Shown: positions 44,455 to 55,456 of the stretch, one piece after another
Layout of the letters: every line of letters begins with the position of its first letter
How positions within the stretch are numbered: position 1 is the stretch's first letter
Assembly (NCBI GenBank): GCA_050949225.1
Contig: JBMNFI010000002.1
Coordinates: 197,942-261,941, forward strand
Direction: 5' to 3'
Source of the DNA: Bacillota bacterium
Lineage (GTDB): Bacteria; Bacillota; Dehalobacteriia; UBA4068
Length of the DNA: 64,000 nt
The notes under the pieces: model-generated
Databases searched by the model: none
Told to the model about the DNA's origin: nothing
The model's input: the letters and a program-made list of their open reading frames with translations, nothing else
Position numbers and translations under genes: made by a program

Positions 44455-44907
44455 ATGAAGGCTAAAGATATTATGAACAAAGAGGTTATCACTGTTGATG
44501 GTAGTGCGACAATTAAGGAAATTGCACAAATTTTTGTAGATAACCGTATTTCAGGGGTACCGGTGGTTGATGGTGATAAATTGATTGGTATTGTAACGGA
44601 GGGTGACTTGATGCATAAAAAGACATCACCCAGGGCTCCTAGTGTGCTGTCAATTTTAGGTGCAGTATTTTATGTGGAGGGTGTTCATCGCTATCGGGAG
44701 GATTTTGCCAAACTTTTGGCCATGAATGCAGAGGATATTATGAGTAAGGATGTGGTGACCATTCCGGAGCATATGCCTGTCAATGAGATTGCTACTATTT
44801 TTGTTAAAAAAGATATTAACAGAGCACCGGTTTTACGAAATGATAAAATAATTGGTATTGTCAGCCGTGAGGATATTGTTAAATCACTTTTACTGGAAGA
44901 CCTGTAG
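44455..44907 (+). CDS. CBS-pair domain protein
   Basis: Two CBS repeats (ISGVPVVDGDKLIGIVTEGDL and INRAPVLRNDKIIGIVSREDI). Confidence 0.8.
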   Translation: MKAKDIMNKEVITVDGSATIKEIAQIFVDNRISGVPVVDGDKLIGIVTEGDLMHKKTSPRAPSVLSILGAVFYVEGVHRYREDFAKLLAMNAEDIMSKDVVTIPEHMPVNEIATIFVKKDINRAPVLRNDKIIGIVSREDIVKSLLLEDL

Positions 44908-44928
44908 GTATTTATTAAACAATAAAAT

Positions 44929-44976
44929 ACTGTGGCAAGCTTCTTAAAATGACAGCTTGCCACAGTATTTTTTTCT
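44929..44976. terminator. bidirectional terminator between the convergent CBS gene and glnS
   Basis: ACTGTGGCAAGCT...AGCTTGCCACAGT stem with T-run downstream and A-run upstream. Confidence 0.5.
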
Positions 44977-44977
44977 T

Positions 44978-46660
44978 TTATTTTTTTGGTTTTTTCCAGC
45001 CATCTTTTAAAGCTACGATCAGATTAAAGATGGGATTGTGTTCGCTGGTTTCCGGATCAGCAGTGAAGTAACCTTGTCGCAGAAATTGATAAAAGGTTCC
45101 CGCCGGAGCATTATAGGCGGAGAATTCCACTAAAGCATCTTTTTTGATGGTTAGAGAATTGGGATTGATAAAGTCGGTGAAATGTTCTCCCTCTTTTAGA
45201 TCGTCCGGGTTTTCCTTGGTAAACAAATGGTCATAAAGACGGATTTCCGCCGGTACGGCAGTATTTGCTTCTACCCAATGAATAGTGCCTTTTACTTTTT
45301 TGCCGGAGTTAGCGGAGCCGCTTTTAGTTTCAGGATCATAAGTGCAGTGTAGTTCAACTACTTTTCCTGCTTTATCCTTGATGATTTTTTCACACTTAAT
45401 GATGTAGGCATGTTTCAGCCTAACCTCTCCACCGGGTTTTAAACGTCTGAATCCTTTGACCGGCTCTTCCATAAAGTCGGCGGCTTCGATGAAAAGCTCA
45501 CTGCTGAAGGGAATTCTTCTTTGACCAAGTTCCGGTTTCTCGGGATTTATTTCCGCCGGCAGCATTTCAGTTTTTTCGGCCGGATAATTAGTTAAAACTA
45601 CTTTTATCGGGTCAAGAACAGCCATCATCCGATTGGCTCTAATGTTGAGATCCTCGCGGATACAATGCTCAAGCATCTGAATTTCCACCATGCTGTTGGC
45701 TTTGGCCACACCGATATTTTCACAGAATTGACGGATAGATTTTGGTGTATAGCCGCGGCGGCGCAGACCTGCCAAGGTGGGCATACGAGGATCATCCCAG
45801 CCGTTGACATAGTTTTCTTCTACCAGTTGGCGTAATTTGCGTTTTGACATTACCGTATAGGTAATGTTTAAACGGGCAAATTCAATTTGTTGGCTGCGGC
45901 AGGGGACGGTCAAGTTATCCAAAACCCAGTCATAGAGCGGACGGTTATTTTCAAATTCCAAAGTGCAAATGGAGTGGGTTATTCCCTCCAAGGCATCTGA
46001 GAGTGGGTGGGCAAAATCGTACATGGGGTAGATGCACCAGGTGTTACCGGTACGTTGATGATATGAACGCTGAATGCGATAAAGCACCGGATCGCGCATG
46101 TTGAAATTAGGGGAGGCCATATCGATGCGAGCACGTAAAACTTTGGCACCGTCGGCATATTTACCTTCACGCATTTCAGCAAAAAGTTGCAGGTTTTCTT
46201 CGATACTGCGCGAGGCATAAGGACTGATGGTACCGGCCTTTGTGGGTGTGCCTCTTGTTTCCCGTATTTCTTCTTGGGAAAGGTCACATACATAGGCTTT
46301 ACCTGCTTTGATCAGATCACAGGCATACTTATAAAGTTCTTCAAAATAATCGGAAGCAAAGTATAAGCGGTCTTGCCAATCAAAACCTAGCCAGTGGACA
46401 TCTTCTTGAATCGATTTGATAAATTCTTCTTCCTCTTTGGCCGGATTGGTGTCATCAAAGCGCAGATTGCATAAGCCTTCATACTCTTCAGCTAACCCGA
46501 AATTAAGACATATCGATTTAGCATGTCCAATATGCAAATAGCCATTGGGTTCGGGGGGGAAACGTGTATGTACACGATTTTTGTATTTGCCCGTCTTCAG
46601 ATCATCATTGATAATTGTATGAATAAAATGACCTGTGGGCAGATTATTATGATCTTTCAT
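44978..46660 (-). CDS. glnS: glutaminyl-tRNA synthetase
   Basis: Class I HIGH motif ([14 protein letters not shown]) and KMSKS variant (VMSKRK). Start ATG 46660 preceded by GGAGG at 7 nt. The track ORF extends 17 codons further upstream. Confidence 0.9.
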   Translation of the reverse strand: MKDHNNLPTGHFIHTIINDDLKTGKYKNRVHTRFPPEPNGYLHIGHAKSICLNFGLAEEYEGLCNLRFDDTNPAKEEEEFIKSIQEDVHWLGFDWQDRLYFASDYFEELYKYACDLIKAGKAYVCDLSQEEIRETRGTPTKAGTISPYASRSIEENLQLFAEMREGKYADGAKVLRARIDMASPNFNMRDPVLYRIQRSYHQRTGNTWCIYPMYDFAHPLSDALEGITHSICTLEFENNRPLYDWVLDNLTVPCRSQQIEFARLNITYTVMSKRKLRQLVEENYVNGWDDPRMPTLAGLRRRGYTPKSIRQFCENIGVAKANSMVEIQMLEHCIREDLNIRANRMMAVLDPIKVVLTNYPAEKTEMLPAEINPEKPELGQRRIPFSSELFIEAADFMEEPVKGFRRLKPGGEVRLKHAYIIKCEKIIKDKAGKVVELHCTYDPETKSGSANSGKKVKGTIHWVEANTAVPAEIRLYDHLFTKENPDDLKEGEHFTDFINPNSLTIKKDALVEFSAYNAPAGTFYQFLRQGYFTADPETSEHNPIFNLIVALKDGWKKPKK

Positions 46661-46905
46661 AGATGAACCTCCATCTGTAATTGTTTTATTTGCAACAATG
46701 TCATCTTTCATTGTATCGCTTTTACTAGTGTTTCGTCAAGAGAGGAACGTTATTAGTCACTAAATATCTCCAGACTTTAAGATAGTTGTCGATAGGGTAT
46801 TTTTATGTGGATAATTTGACAGATTTTTAACGGTACGATATAATATATATTTGTTAACAAGCTGCTTTTCCCGGTGATTAGAGTATTGTAAATGGAGGAT
46901 AATTA

Positions 46906-48231
46906 ATGTATACGAAGGAACAAATTTTAGAATTAGCTGAAAAAAGCAAGGTTCGTTTTGTCCGCCTGCAATTTACTGATATCTTTGGGGTTTTAAAGAA
47001 TGTTGCCATCACCTGCAACCAATTGGAAAAGGCCTTGGATGGGGAGATGATGTTTGATGGCTCCTCAATTGACGGTTTTGTGCGGGTTGAGGAAAGCGAT
47101 ATGTATTTAAAACCGGATTATTCCACTTGGTGTATTTTGCCTTGGGTGAAGGAAGGGCAGGTTACCGCACGTCTAATTTGTGATGTTTACAATTGTAAAA
47201 ACCAACCATTTGAGGGGGATCCCCGCTATATTTTGCGCAAGGTTTTGGCGGAAGCGGCCGCTATGGGTTATTCTATGAATGTCGGACCGGAGGCTGAGTT
47301 TTTTCTTTTTCAAACAGATGCGGAGGGAGCGCCTACTTTAAAAACCCATGACAAGGCCGGTTATTTTGACTTAACGCCGGTTGACTTAGGTGAGAATGCT
47401 CGTCGTGATATGGTGATCACTTTGGAAAATATGGGCTATGAAATTGAGGCCTCACACCATGAATGCGCACCCGGGCAACATGAAATTGATTTTAAATATG
47501 CGGAGGCTTTGACTGCCGCCGATAATGTGCAGACTTTTAAATATGTGGTACGTGTGGTCTCTCAAGAGCACAACTTGCATGCCTCTTTTATGCCTAAACC
47601 TCTCTTTGGAGAGGCCGGTTCCGGAATGCATGTTAATCAATCCTTATTTAAAGGGGATAAAAATGCCTTTTTTGATCCTGCAGGAAAAAAACAGCTTTCA
47701 GAGGATGCCTACTTTTATTTAGGTGGTTTATTGCAGCATGCGGCGGCCTATACTGCTATTGTTAATCCTACTGTCAACTCATATAAACGTCTGGTTTCCG
47801 GTTATGAGGCACCTGTTTACATCGCGTGGGCCTCACAAAACCGTTCACCCTTAATTCGGGTTCCGGCCAAAAAAGGTCTTTCCACACGTGTAGAGCTGCG
47901 TTCACCAGATCCTTCGTGTAATCCTTATCTGGCTGTGGCGGTGATGCTTAAGGCGGGATTAGACGGCATTAAAAATAAGATTATGCCACCGGATCCTTTG
48001 GAGTTTAATGTTTATAACCTTAACGAAATGCAACGTGAGGAATACCGGGTTAATTTGCTCCCAGGTACACTTAAGGAAGCTCTTGAACAGTTGCAGGAAA
48101 GCGTATTGATGCGCGAGGTTTTAGGAGATCACGTTTTTAATCGCTTTATGGCTGCTAAAGAAATGGAGTGGAACGATTATCGGACTTGTGTTACGCAATG
48201 GGAAATAGATCATTATTTAACTAAATATTAA
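46906..48231 (+). CDS. glnA: glutamine synthetase, type I
   Basis: 441 aa. GS beta-grasp and catalytic signatures (FDGSSIDGF, KPLFGEAGSGMHVNQSLF). Confidence 0.95.
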   Translation: MYTKEQILELAEKSKVRFVRLQFTDIFGVLKNVAITCNQLEKALDGEMMFDGSSIDGFVRVEESDMYLKPDYSTWCILPWVKEGQVTARLICDVYNCKNQPFEGDPRYILRKVLAEAAAMGYSMNVGPEAEFFLFQTDAEGAPTLKTHDKAGYFDLTPVDLGENARRDMVITLENMGYEIEASHHECAPGQHEIDFKYAEALTAADNVQTFKYVVRVVSQEHNLHASFMPKPLFGEAGSGMHVNQSLFKGDKNAFFDPAGKKQLSEDAYFYLGGLLQHAAAYTAIVNPTVNSYKRLVSGYEAPVYIAWASQNRSPLIRVPAKKGLSTRVELRSPDPSCNPYLAVAVMLKAGLDGIKNKIMPPDPLEFNVYNLNEMQREEYRVNLLPGTLKEALEQLQESVLMREVLGDHVFNRFMAAKEMEWNDYRTCVTQWEIDHYLTKY

Positions 48232-48349
48232 AAGGATGCTCTTCGTTTTTGATAGACGGAGGGCTTTTTGCTTTATCGTACTTGCTGAAAGATGTGTTTT
48301 TATGATATTATAAGAGGTAATTAAGAAACACCTGAAAAGAGGTGCCAAG

Positions 48350-49189
48350 ATGCGCTTTGTTAAGATGCATGGTTTGGGGAATGATTTTATTGTTGTCAAT
48401 GGCTTTACAGAATCATTGCCCGCGGAGTTATCACTTTTAGCTAAAAATATTTGTCATCGTCAATTAGGAGTTGGCGGTGATGGCTTACTGGTAGTGGGCC
48501 CCACAGAAGCCGCCGGGGCGGATGCCTGTTTTGATATTTATAATTCGGACGGTAGTCGCGCCGAAATGTGTGGAAATGGTATTCGCTGTGCGACTATTTT
48601 TGCGCAAAAGGAAGGTATTTGTAAGCAAGAAATGATCAGTTTTGCTACTTTAGCCGGCTTAGTAAAGGCACAAATTGTTGATGGGCAAAACAATTTAGTC
48701 AAAGTTAAGATGGGTACGCCTTATCTCAATCCTCGGGAAATACCGGCAAATTTTGCCGGAGAGATGATGGTGAGTGCACCTGTTATTGTGGGCCATCATA
48801 CTTATAACATGACTTTAGTTTCTATGGGAAACCCTCACAGTGTGATTTTTGTGGAGGATGTGGAGAATTATCCTGTGCAAGAGGAGGGTCCTAAAATTGA
48901 AAAACATGATCTGTTTCCTGCTAAGACCAATGTAGAGTTTATCCAGCCTGTTACGGAAAAAAAATTGCGGATGCGGGTTTGGGAGAGGGGTTGCGGTGAA
49001 ACATTGGCCTGTGGAACGGGGGCTTGTGCCGCAGTAGTGGCGGCGGTTTTGAATAATATTTGTCAGAAGGATACTGATATAGAGGTTGTTTTGCGGCATG
49101 GTTCGCTGATTATTAACTGGGGTCGGGATAATCAAGTGACAATGACCGGACCGGCCGTTTACGTTTTTAGTGGACAATATGATGTTTAG
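48350..49189 (+). CDS. dapF: diaminopimelate epimerase
   Basis: MRFVKMHGLGNDFIVV start, catalytic Cys motifs (NSDGSRAEMCGNG, GETLACGTGACA). Confidence 0.9.
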   Translation: MRFVKMHGLGNDFIVVNGFTESLPAELSLLAKNICHRQLGVGGDGLLVVGPTEAAGADACFDIYNSDGSRAEMCGNGIRCATIFAQKEGICKQEMISFATLAGLVKAQIVDGQNNLVKVKMGTPYLNPREIPANFAGEMMVSAPVIVGHHTYNMTLVSMGNPHSVIFVEDVENYPVQEEGPKIEKHDLFPAKTNVEFIQPVTEKKLRMRVWERGCGETLACGTGACAAVVAAVLNNICQKDTDIEVVLRHGSLIINWGRDNQVTMTGPAVYVFSGQYDV

Positions 49190-49224
49190 GATAAAATAAA
49201 TTAGTTAATCGGAGGAGGTTTTTT

Positions 49225-50400
49225 ATGAAATTAGAAGCAAAGAGAATGAAAACAATTCCCCCTTATTTATTTGCGCGTATCGAGCAAAAAATTGCTGAGG
49301 CCAAAGAGGCAGGTGTCGATATTATCAGCTTGGGGATTGGTGATCCTGATAGTGCTACTCCCCAATTTATTATTGATGAAATGATTCAACAGCTGGCTAA
49401 TAGCGAAAATCATCAATACCCTTCATCCGTTGGCATGACCATTTACCGGCAGGCTGTGGCTGATTGGTATAAAAAAAGGTTTGCTGTAGAATTAGATGCC
49501 AAAACGGAAATTTGCTCTTTAATTGGCTCTAAAGAAGGAATTGCCAATATTCATTATTGTTATGTTGATCCCGGTGATGTGGTTTTGATTCCAGACCCCT
49601 CTTATCCTGTTTATTCTACTGCTACCATGTTGGCCGGTGGTGAGCCATATTATTTGCCGCTTCAGGCTGAGCGGGGGTTTATTCCTGATCTTACGGTTAT
49701 TCCCTCTGAAATAGTGAAAAGAGCAAAAATTCTTTGGCTTAATTATCCTAATAATCCGACTGGGGCTATTGCGGATATAGGCTTTTTACAGGAAGCGGTG
49801 GCTTTTGCCAAGAAACATAATATCCTGCTTTGTTACGATAATGCTTATAGTGAAATGACCTATGATGGTTATGAGGCTCCCAGTATTTTGCAAATTGATG
49901 GAGCAAAAGATGTTGTTTTGGAATTCAATTCTTGTTCTAAGCATTTTAATATGACAGGTTGGCGTATTGGCTGGGCTGCCGGTAATACGGAGGCGGTTAA
50001 TACCTTGGCTTGCTATAAATCCAATGTTGACTCTGGTGCTTTTCAGGCTATACAGTATGCCGCGATTGCCGGACTAAAGGATCCGGATTCGACATTAGAA
50101 GGTTTGCGCAACATGTATGCTTCCCGCCGTGATATTTTAGTGGGTGGTTTGAATCAATTGGGTTGGAATTTGGCCATGCCTAAGGCTACTTTCTATGTTT
50201 GGGCACCGGTTCCCAAAGGGTACAGCTCGGCCAGTTTTGCCGAATACCTGTTGGATGAGGCAGGTGTAATTATCACACCCGGTAATGGTTACGGTGAAAG
50301 TGGAGAAGGCTATTTTAGGGCTACTTTGACTGTTACAAAAGAGCGGTTAGAGGAAGCTATGGAGAGGATTAAAAAGGCTTTGGGTCAGGTTACTTTTTAA
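49225..50400 (+). CDS. dapL: LL-diaminopimelate aminotransferase (DapL-type class I aminotransferase)
   Basis: N-terminus [34 protein letters not shown] matches the DapL family. PLP-lysine [15 protein letters not shown]. Sits next to dapF. Confidence 0.75.
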   Translation: MKLEAKRMKTIPPYLFARIEQKIAEAKEAGVDIISLGIGDPDSATPQFIIDEMIQQLANSENHQYPSSVGMTIYRQAVADWYKKRFAVELDAKTEICSLIGSKEGIANIHYCYVDPGDVVLIPDPSYPVYSTATMLAGGEPYYLPLQAERGFIPDLTVIPSEIVKRAKILWLNYPNNPTGAIADIGFLQEAVAFAKKHNILLCYDNAYSEMTYDGYEAPSILQIDGAKDVVLEFNSCSKHFNMTGWRIGWAAGNTEAVNTLACYKSNVDSGAFQAIQYAAIAGLKDPDSTLEGLRNMYASRRDILVGGLNQLGWNLAMPKATFYVWAPVPKGYSSASFAEYLLDEAGVIITPGNGYGESGEGYFRATLTVTKERLEEAMERIKKALGQVTF

Positions 50401-50497
50401 TCAAAAGAAAACTTTAGGGTATAATATTAATAAACAACTAAATGCCTACCTTAAGGTAGGCATTTAGTTAAGCAACTATTTTTATGAGGTTAAGAAA

Positions 50498-51316
50498 ATG
50501 TTGGAAAGAAAGCTTGATCAAAGAGGACGGATTGCACCACTGGTGGGAATTGCTTTTGGCGGTGGCGGAATCAAGGCTGCTGCTCATGGTGGCGTAATGA
50601 AGGTTTTCGAAGAATATAATATCCCCGTTGATTTGGTAGCCGGCACTTCGGCCGGAGCTGCTTATGCCTCGTTATATGCCTATGGATATCGCTCTCAACA
50701 TATCAGCGAATTGTTTCAAGGTGTTTCTCCGGACTATTTAATGAAAGTCCGACTGAGGCGTAACGGTTTGATTGATGGAAGAAGGTATGAAAAGCTAATT
50801 CGTGTTTGCACTGATAACGGCGACATTGAGGATTTATCTATGCCACTGGCGATTGTAGCAGTTGATCTGATTTCGGCGCAAAAGGTTGTTTTTACGGAGG
50901 GTAATATTTCCCGAGCGGTGCGTGCTTCCTCCGGTGTGCCGGGGGTTATTGCCCCTATTAAGTATCAAGAAATGCTTTTGGCTGATGGGTTTCTCTTGGA
51001 TAATTGCCCGGATGGTGTTCTTTATGATATGGGGGCTGACCTTGTGATTGCAATTGATCTATCTTTTGAAGTAGAGGTAGAGCCCCAAGGGTTTCATGAA
51101 GTGATTGCACGGTCTATGGAAATTATGGCACAAAATTGTCAACAAAGTTCAGCGGATTATGTTTTAAAGCCCATGACACAGCATGTGACTTTTTTGGATA
51201 AAAAAATGTTTAACCAATGTCGCGAGTGGGGCGAAGAATGTGCCAGAAAGCATATTGAGGAGATAATTCGTTTGATAGAAGCTAAAACCGTTGATCTTAA
51301 CAAGAGGAGTGAGTAA
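50498..51316 (+). CDS. patatin-like phospholipase
   Basis: GGGxK oxyanion motif (FGGGGIKAAAHGG) and GTSAG serine nucleophile (GTSAGAAYASL), Asp dyad (LADGFLLDN). Confidence 0.8.
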   Translation: MLERKLDQRGRIAPLVGIAFGGGGIKAAAHGGVMKVFEEYNIPVDLVAGTSAGAAYASLYAYGYRSQHISELFQGVSPDYLMKVRLRRNGLIDGRRYEKLIRVCTDNGDIEDLSMPLAIVAVDLISAQKVVFTEGNISRAVRASSGVPGVIAPIKYQEMLLADGFLLDNCPDGVLYDMGADLVIAIDLSFEVEVEPQGFHEVIARSMEIMAQNCQQSSADYVLKPMTQHVTFLDKKMFNQCREWGEECARKHIEEIIRLIEAKTVDLNKRSE

Positions 51317-51318
51317 AG

Positions 51319-53028
51319 ATGAAGATTGCAGTAGGGCAGATGCCTGTTATTGCCGCTGAACCGGAAAAAAATTACCAAACTGCAGGTCAATGTATCGCAG
51401 ATGCCAAAGCACAGGGGGTGGAGCTTTTATTGCTGCCCCAATTGGCTATTTCAGGGGCTTGTGTCGGTGATAATTGGCGAGACCGGGGATTTATTGATGA
51501 TTGTCTTTACTTTGGAGAAAAGCTTGCTGAGCTTACACAGGGTATAAAAGTGATTTTCGGTAATATTTTATACCAAGATCAAAAGTTGTCAGAGGCCGCT
51601 TATTTGGCGCAGGATGGGTTTTTAAAAAGACTTGATGCTTTTATTGCTCCAAGTGTTTTTTCTCATGAGGAAATATTTTCCCCCTCTTTGAAAGCTGCCG
51701 GGGTCAATGAATTAAAGATTAATCAGCGTACTGTGCAAACTGCAGTTGTTTTGGGTAAATGGCAGGGTGAACTGCCACAGGCTGAATTGATTATCAACTT
51801 AGCACAGTTGCCCTTAGTTTTAGAGGAGAAGCAAAGTTATAGTCAAATAATGCAAAAACAAGCTCACCAGGCCTGTTTTGCCTTTGTTAACAGTTGCAGC
51901 TTGCTTAATAATGGTAAAACCTTTTGGTCTTCTGCCGGTGGCAGCGAAATTTACGATAAATCAGGTCGGCTGATTGTGGCAGCACCGCTTTTTACCGCCG
52001 GAGTTTATTGTGATCTGCAAGCTAAGAATTTTGAGGATGAGGAAAAAGTTTTTCAAGCTTTGGTTGACGGAGTCCGAAAGTTTTTGGGAATGATTGGTGT
52101 CAAAAGGGTTGTCTTAGGTCTTTCAGGAGGGATTGATTCAGCTTTGGCGGCGGTAATTTACACTGCCGCTGTAGGTGGAGATAATGTTTTAATGGTTAAT
52201 ATGCCCAGCTGCTATAGCAGCAATCTTACTCAGAGTCTTTCGACGCGACTGGCTGCTGCTTTAAAAACGCATTATGCAATTATGCCTATTCAAAAAGCCC
52301 TGGAAATGACGGTAGATCAGTTTGAAAAAACACCTATTACTTCTCCCGAGGGACAGAAATGGCATTTAAAAATGAGTTCTTTTGTGCAGGAAAACATCCA
52401 GGCTCGTGATAGATCGGCAAGGATTTTGGCAGCTGCGGCAGCCGCCTGGGGGGCTATTTATACCTGTAACAGCAACAAGGCTGAGATGACGGTAGGTTAT
52501 GCTACTTTTTGCGGCGATCTATCAGGTGCTTTTGCGGCATTTGCTGATTTGTGGAAATATCAGGTGTATCAGGCTTGTCGGTGGGCACAAGGGGTCTTTC
52601 CTGAGGCCGCTGAAGTTTTGCAGGAAATTGCTGATATTAGGCCTTCAGCAGAGTTATCTATGGAACAGTCTGTTGATGAGGGGAAGGGGGATCCCTTGTT
52701 TTATCCTTATCATGATTATTTATTACGTGCCTGGACAAAAGGACAGGCTACTCCGGCAGATATTTTATCATGGTATCAATCCGGTGTTTTATCAGAAAAA
52801 ATCGGTTGTGAAAAAGGAATCGTGAAAAGGCACTTTAAGACTTTTGAAGATTTTACCGCTGATTTAGAATATTGGTGGGGGATGTATCGCGGCATGGGTG
52901 TAGCAAAACGCATGCAGAGTCCACCTTTGTTGGCCTTATCTGAATCACCTTTTGGCGTTTTCGGGCATCAGGTACAGGCACGTCCTTATTTTAGTCGAGA
53001 ATACAAGAAATTAAAGCAAATATTATGA
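51319..53028 (+). CDS. nadE: glutamine-dependent NAD+ synthetase (CN-hydrolase domain plus NAD synthase domain)
   Basis: N-terminal nitrilase-like domain. C-terminal PP-loop SGGIDSALAA and NAD synthase blocks. Confidence 0.9.
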   Translation: MKIAVGQMPVIAAEPEKNYQTAGQCIADAKAQGVELLLLPQLAISGACVGDNWRDRGFIDDCLYFGEKLAELTQGIKVIFGNILYQDQKLSEAAYLAQDGFLKRLDAFIAPSVFSHEEIFSPSLKAAGVNELKINQRTVQTAVVLGKWQGELPQAELIINLAQLPLVLEEKQSYSQIMQKQAHQACFAFVNSCSLLNNGKTFWSSAGGSEIYDKSGRLIVAAPLFTAGVYCDLQAKNFEDEEKVFQALVDGVRKFLGMIGVKRVVLGLSGGIDSALAAVIYTAAVGGDNVLMVNMPSCYSSNLTQSLSTRLAAALKTHYAIMPIQKALEMTVDQFEKTPITSPEGQKWHLKMSSFVQENIQARDRSARILAAAAAAWGAIYTCNSNKAEMTVGYATFCGDLSGAFAAFADLWKYQVYQACRWAQGVFPEAAEVLQEIADIRPSAELSMEQSVDEGKGDPLFYPYHDYLLRAWTKGQATPADILSWYQSGVLSEKIGCEKGIVKRHFKTFEDFTADLEYWWGMYRGMGVAKRMQSPPLLALSESPFGVFGHQVQARPYFSREYKKLKQIL

Positions 53029-53048
53029 TGACAGAGGGGGAGGGTAGC

Positions 53049-53888
53049 ATGATTATCGATGCGCCCGCAAAAATTAATTGGTTTTTAGATGTGGTGGGAA
53101 AAAGGCCTCAAGATGGCTATCATCTTTTACAGATGGTGATGCAACAAATTTCATTGATGGATAAAGTTAGTTTGCAAAAGTCAGAAAAGGATATTTTAAC
53201 CTCTTCTGTCGAAGATTTGCCAACGAATGAGAGCAATCTCGCATTAAAAGCTTGGCTGCTCCTTAAAAAGAGATTTAATTTACAGGAATGTTTAGCGATT
53301 CATATTGAAAAAAATATTCCTTTATCCTCTGGTCTGGGTGGTGGTTCAACGGATGCGGCGGCGGTTTTAAAGGGAGCCAATCAAATGCTTGATTTGGGTT
53401 TAGAGCACAAGGAATTGGCTGAATTAGCCTTGCAACTGGGTTCAGATGTTCCTTTTTTCTTGTTGGAAGGAGCCGCCTTAGCGGAAGGTATTGGTGAAAT
53501 ATTGACTCCTTTGCCGGCTTTGGAAAAACAATACTTGTTGCTGGTTAATCCGGGTTTCCCGGTTTCTACTGCCGAGGTTTATGAGGATTTTTCTTTGGAA
53601 CATATAAGCAGGAAACCTCAGACACCGGAGATTATAGAGGCTTTGATGCTAGGGCAGCCGACACAGATTGGGCCTTTATTGGTAAATGTTTTAGAGACAG
53701 TTACCGCTAACAAATATCCAGAGATCAATAAAATTAAATTTGAGATGGCTGCTTGTGGCTTATATCCGTTAATGGCAGGAAGTGGGGCTTCTGTTTTTGG
53801 TTTGGCGGTTGATCAAGAAAGTGCTCAGGCGGCACAGGAAAAGTTTACTCAAAGATGGCCATTTGTGGAAGTATTTCATACCTTATAA
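53049..53888 (+). CDS. ispE: 4-(cytidine 5'-diphospho)-2-C-methyl-D-erythritol kinase
   Basis: Starts MIIDAPAKINWFLDV. GHMP kinase motif PLSSGLGGGSTDAAA. ATG 53049 with RBS GAGGGGGAGGG. The track ORF begins at an earlier ATG overlapping the nadE stop. Confidence 0.85.
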   Translation: MIIDAPAKINWFLDVVGKRPQDGYHLLQMVMQQISLMDKVSLQKSEKDILTSSVEDLPTNESNLALKAWLLLKKRFNLQECLAIHIEKNIPLSSGLGGGSTDAAAVLKGANQMLDLGLEHKELAELALQLGSDVPFFLLEGAALAEGIGEILTPLPALEKQYLLLVNPGFPVSTAEVYEDFSLEHISRKPQTPEIIEALMLGQPTQIGPLLVNVLETVTANKYPEINKIKFEMAACGLYPLMAGSGASVFGLAVDQESAQAAQEKFTQRWPFVEVFHTL

Positions 53889-53912
53889 AATAAAGCAAGA
53901 AAAGAAAATAAT

Positions 53913-53944
53913 AAAAAAGGAAAGCCTTAAGGCTTTCCTTTTTT
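53913..53944. terminator. bidirectional terminator between the convergent ispE and corA
   Basis: AAAAAAGGAAAGCC-TTAA-GGCTTTCCTTTTTT. Confidence 0.55.
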
Positions 53945-53959
53945 ATGCTTAAAAAACAA

Positions 53960-54892
53960 TCATAATATCTTTTTTCTTATCAAAAGTCTGGTAAAGGCCA
54001 AACATAAAATCACAGAAACAATAATGATAATGATAAAGCCCCAAGGATTTGCGGTCAGAGGGACAGGTACGTTCATGCCCCAGAAGCTGGCTATCATAGT
54101 GGGGATGGATAAAACAATCGTAATAGCGGTTAAAAAACGCATCACAATATTCAAGTTATTAGAGACTAAAGAGGCAAAGGCATCCATATGAGCAGCGGCA
54201 ATATTGCTGTAGATATCGGCCATTTCTACGGCTTGTCGATTTTCAATAATAACATCTTCCAGGATGTCCTCATCTTCCTCATACATTTTTAAAGCTTTGC
54301 TTCGTAAAAGACGTTCCATAACTTTGGCATTACTTCTTAGGCCGGTACTAAAGTAAACCAAGCTTTTTTGCATATTGAATAAATGAATCAAGTGCTTGTT
54401 GGTCATGGATTTATGCAAGGCTATTTCGGTTTCGTTATTATGCTTGTGAATATCACGCAGATATTTAAGAAACAGTGTTGTCTTTTTGTGCAATAATTGA
54501 AAAATAAAACGAGTCTTTTTAAAAGTAGCTACATCCTTGGTACGGCTGGAAGTGATCTCCTGCATTAAGTTAGCATCCTTCAGGCAGACAGTCACAATAT
54601 AGTTATCGTTGAGAATGATTCCCAGCGGGATAGTATCATAGATAATATCGCTATCCTCAATGGTGGGGATGTTAAAAATAATCATAATCTGCTCATCTTC
54701 CACCTCAACACGAGGGATTTCTTCATCATCTAAAGGATATTTTAAAAAGTCATAGTCAAGCCCGGTTTCCCGCACGACTTGCTGGATTTCTGGTTCTGTC
54801 GGGTTAATTAAATTTATCCAACAACCTTTACAAATATCTGTGCAGCAGATTAGTTTATCATCAATGGTATTATAGGTGAAAATCATTGGCAC
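53960..54892 (-). CDS. corA: magnesium/cobalt transporter CorA
   Basis: C-terminal two TM helices with the GMN signature (FWGMNVPVPL). 310 aa. Confidence 0.9.
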   Translation of the reverse strand: MPMIFTYNTIDDKLICCTDICKGCWINLINPTEPEIQQVVRETGLDYDFLKYPLDDEEIPRVEVEDEQIMIIFNIPTIEDSDIIYDTIPLGIILNDNYIVTVCLKDANLMQEITSSRTKDVATFKKTRFIFQLLHKKTTLFLKYLRDIHKHNNETEIALHKSMTNKHLIHLFNMQKSLVYFSTGLRSNAKVMERLLRSKALKMYEEDEDILEDVIIENRQAVEMADIYSNIAAAHMDAFASLVSNNLNIVMRFLTAITIVLSIPTMIASFWGMNVPVPLTANPWGFIIIIIVSVILCLAFTRLLIRKKIL

Positions 54893-55045
54893 TCCTCCTC
54901 ATTCAGGGGGTTATGCCGGTACTATGGTCAAGGCGATGCCCCCGAAGCTAGTATTATTAATTTGCTTATACTTACTAGGGTCGCCGTCCATAGTCTCACC
55001 TCCTTGAAAAGTGTTTTCTTAAAAAAGCGGTCGGTCATAACTTAT
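54893..55045 (-). ncRNA. corA 5' leader, candidate Mg2+-sensing (M-box-like) riboswitch; weak call
   Basis: About 150-nt leader. The minus strand contains AGGUGAGACUAUGGA (compare the M-box core AGGUGAGGCUCCUAUAUGGA) and a G5/C5 hairpin just upstream of the RBS GAGGAGG. Confidence 0.25.
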
Positions 55046-55048
55046 AAT

Positions 55049-55082
55049 TTGTTAAGTACTATCTTAAGATAGTACTTAACAA
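55049..55082. promoter_or_regulatory. perfect 34-bp palindrome (15-bp arms, 4-bp spacer) in the corA promoter region; candidate operator
   Basis: TTGTTAAGTACTATC-TTAA-GATAGTACTTAACAA. No adjacent T-run, so it is unlikely to be an intrinsic terminator. Confidence 0.3.
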
Positions 55083-55456
55083 AAGCTCTACAATTCTATA
55101 TTATATACTTATTTTACTGTTTTGCCAACCATTAATCATAAAATGCCTAAAAACCTGCTGTATTTTTGTGGGTAGAATATCAAATATGCGGAAAATAGTG
55201 TTTTTTATACGAATATGTTTACGTTATAATGATGTTTTTATAAATAGTTAGAAACATTGCCAATGACTGTTTTTTAAATAACGATGAGGCACATATTCTG
55301 CCGAGTAAACTTTTTTACACAGCGATGACATAAGAAGAAATGCGTTTTTTTGTTTTTTCGGTTAGCGTTTCTTAAAATGGCGGCCAGTAAAACTTTACTC
55401 ATCACCATTTTTTGTTGTATAATATAAGTAATTGTTTTTAAAGAAGGAGTGATTAA

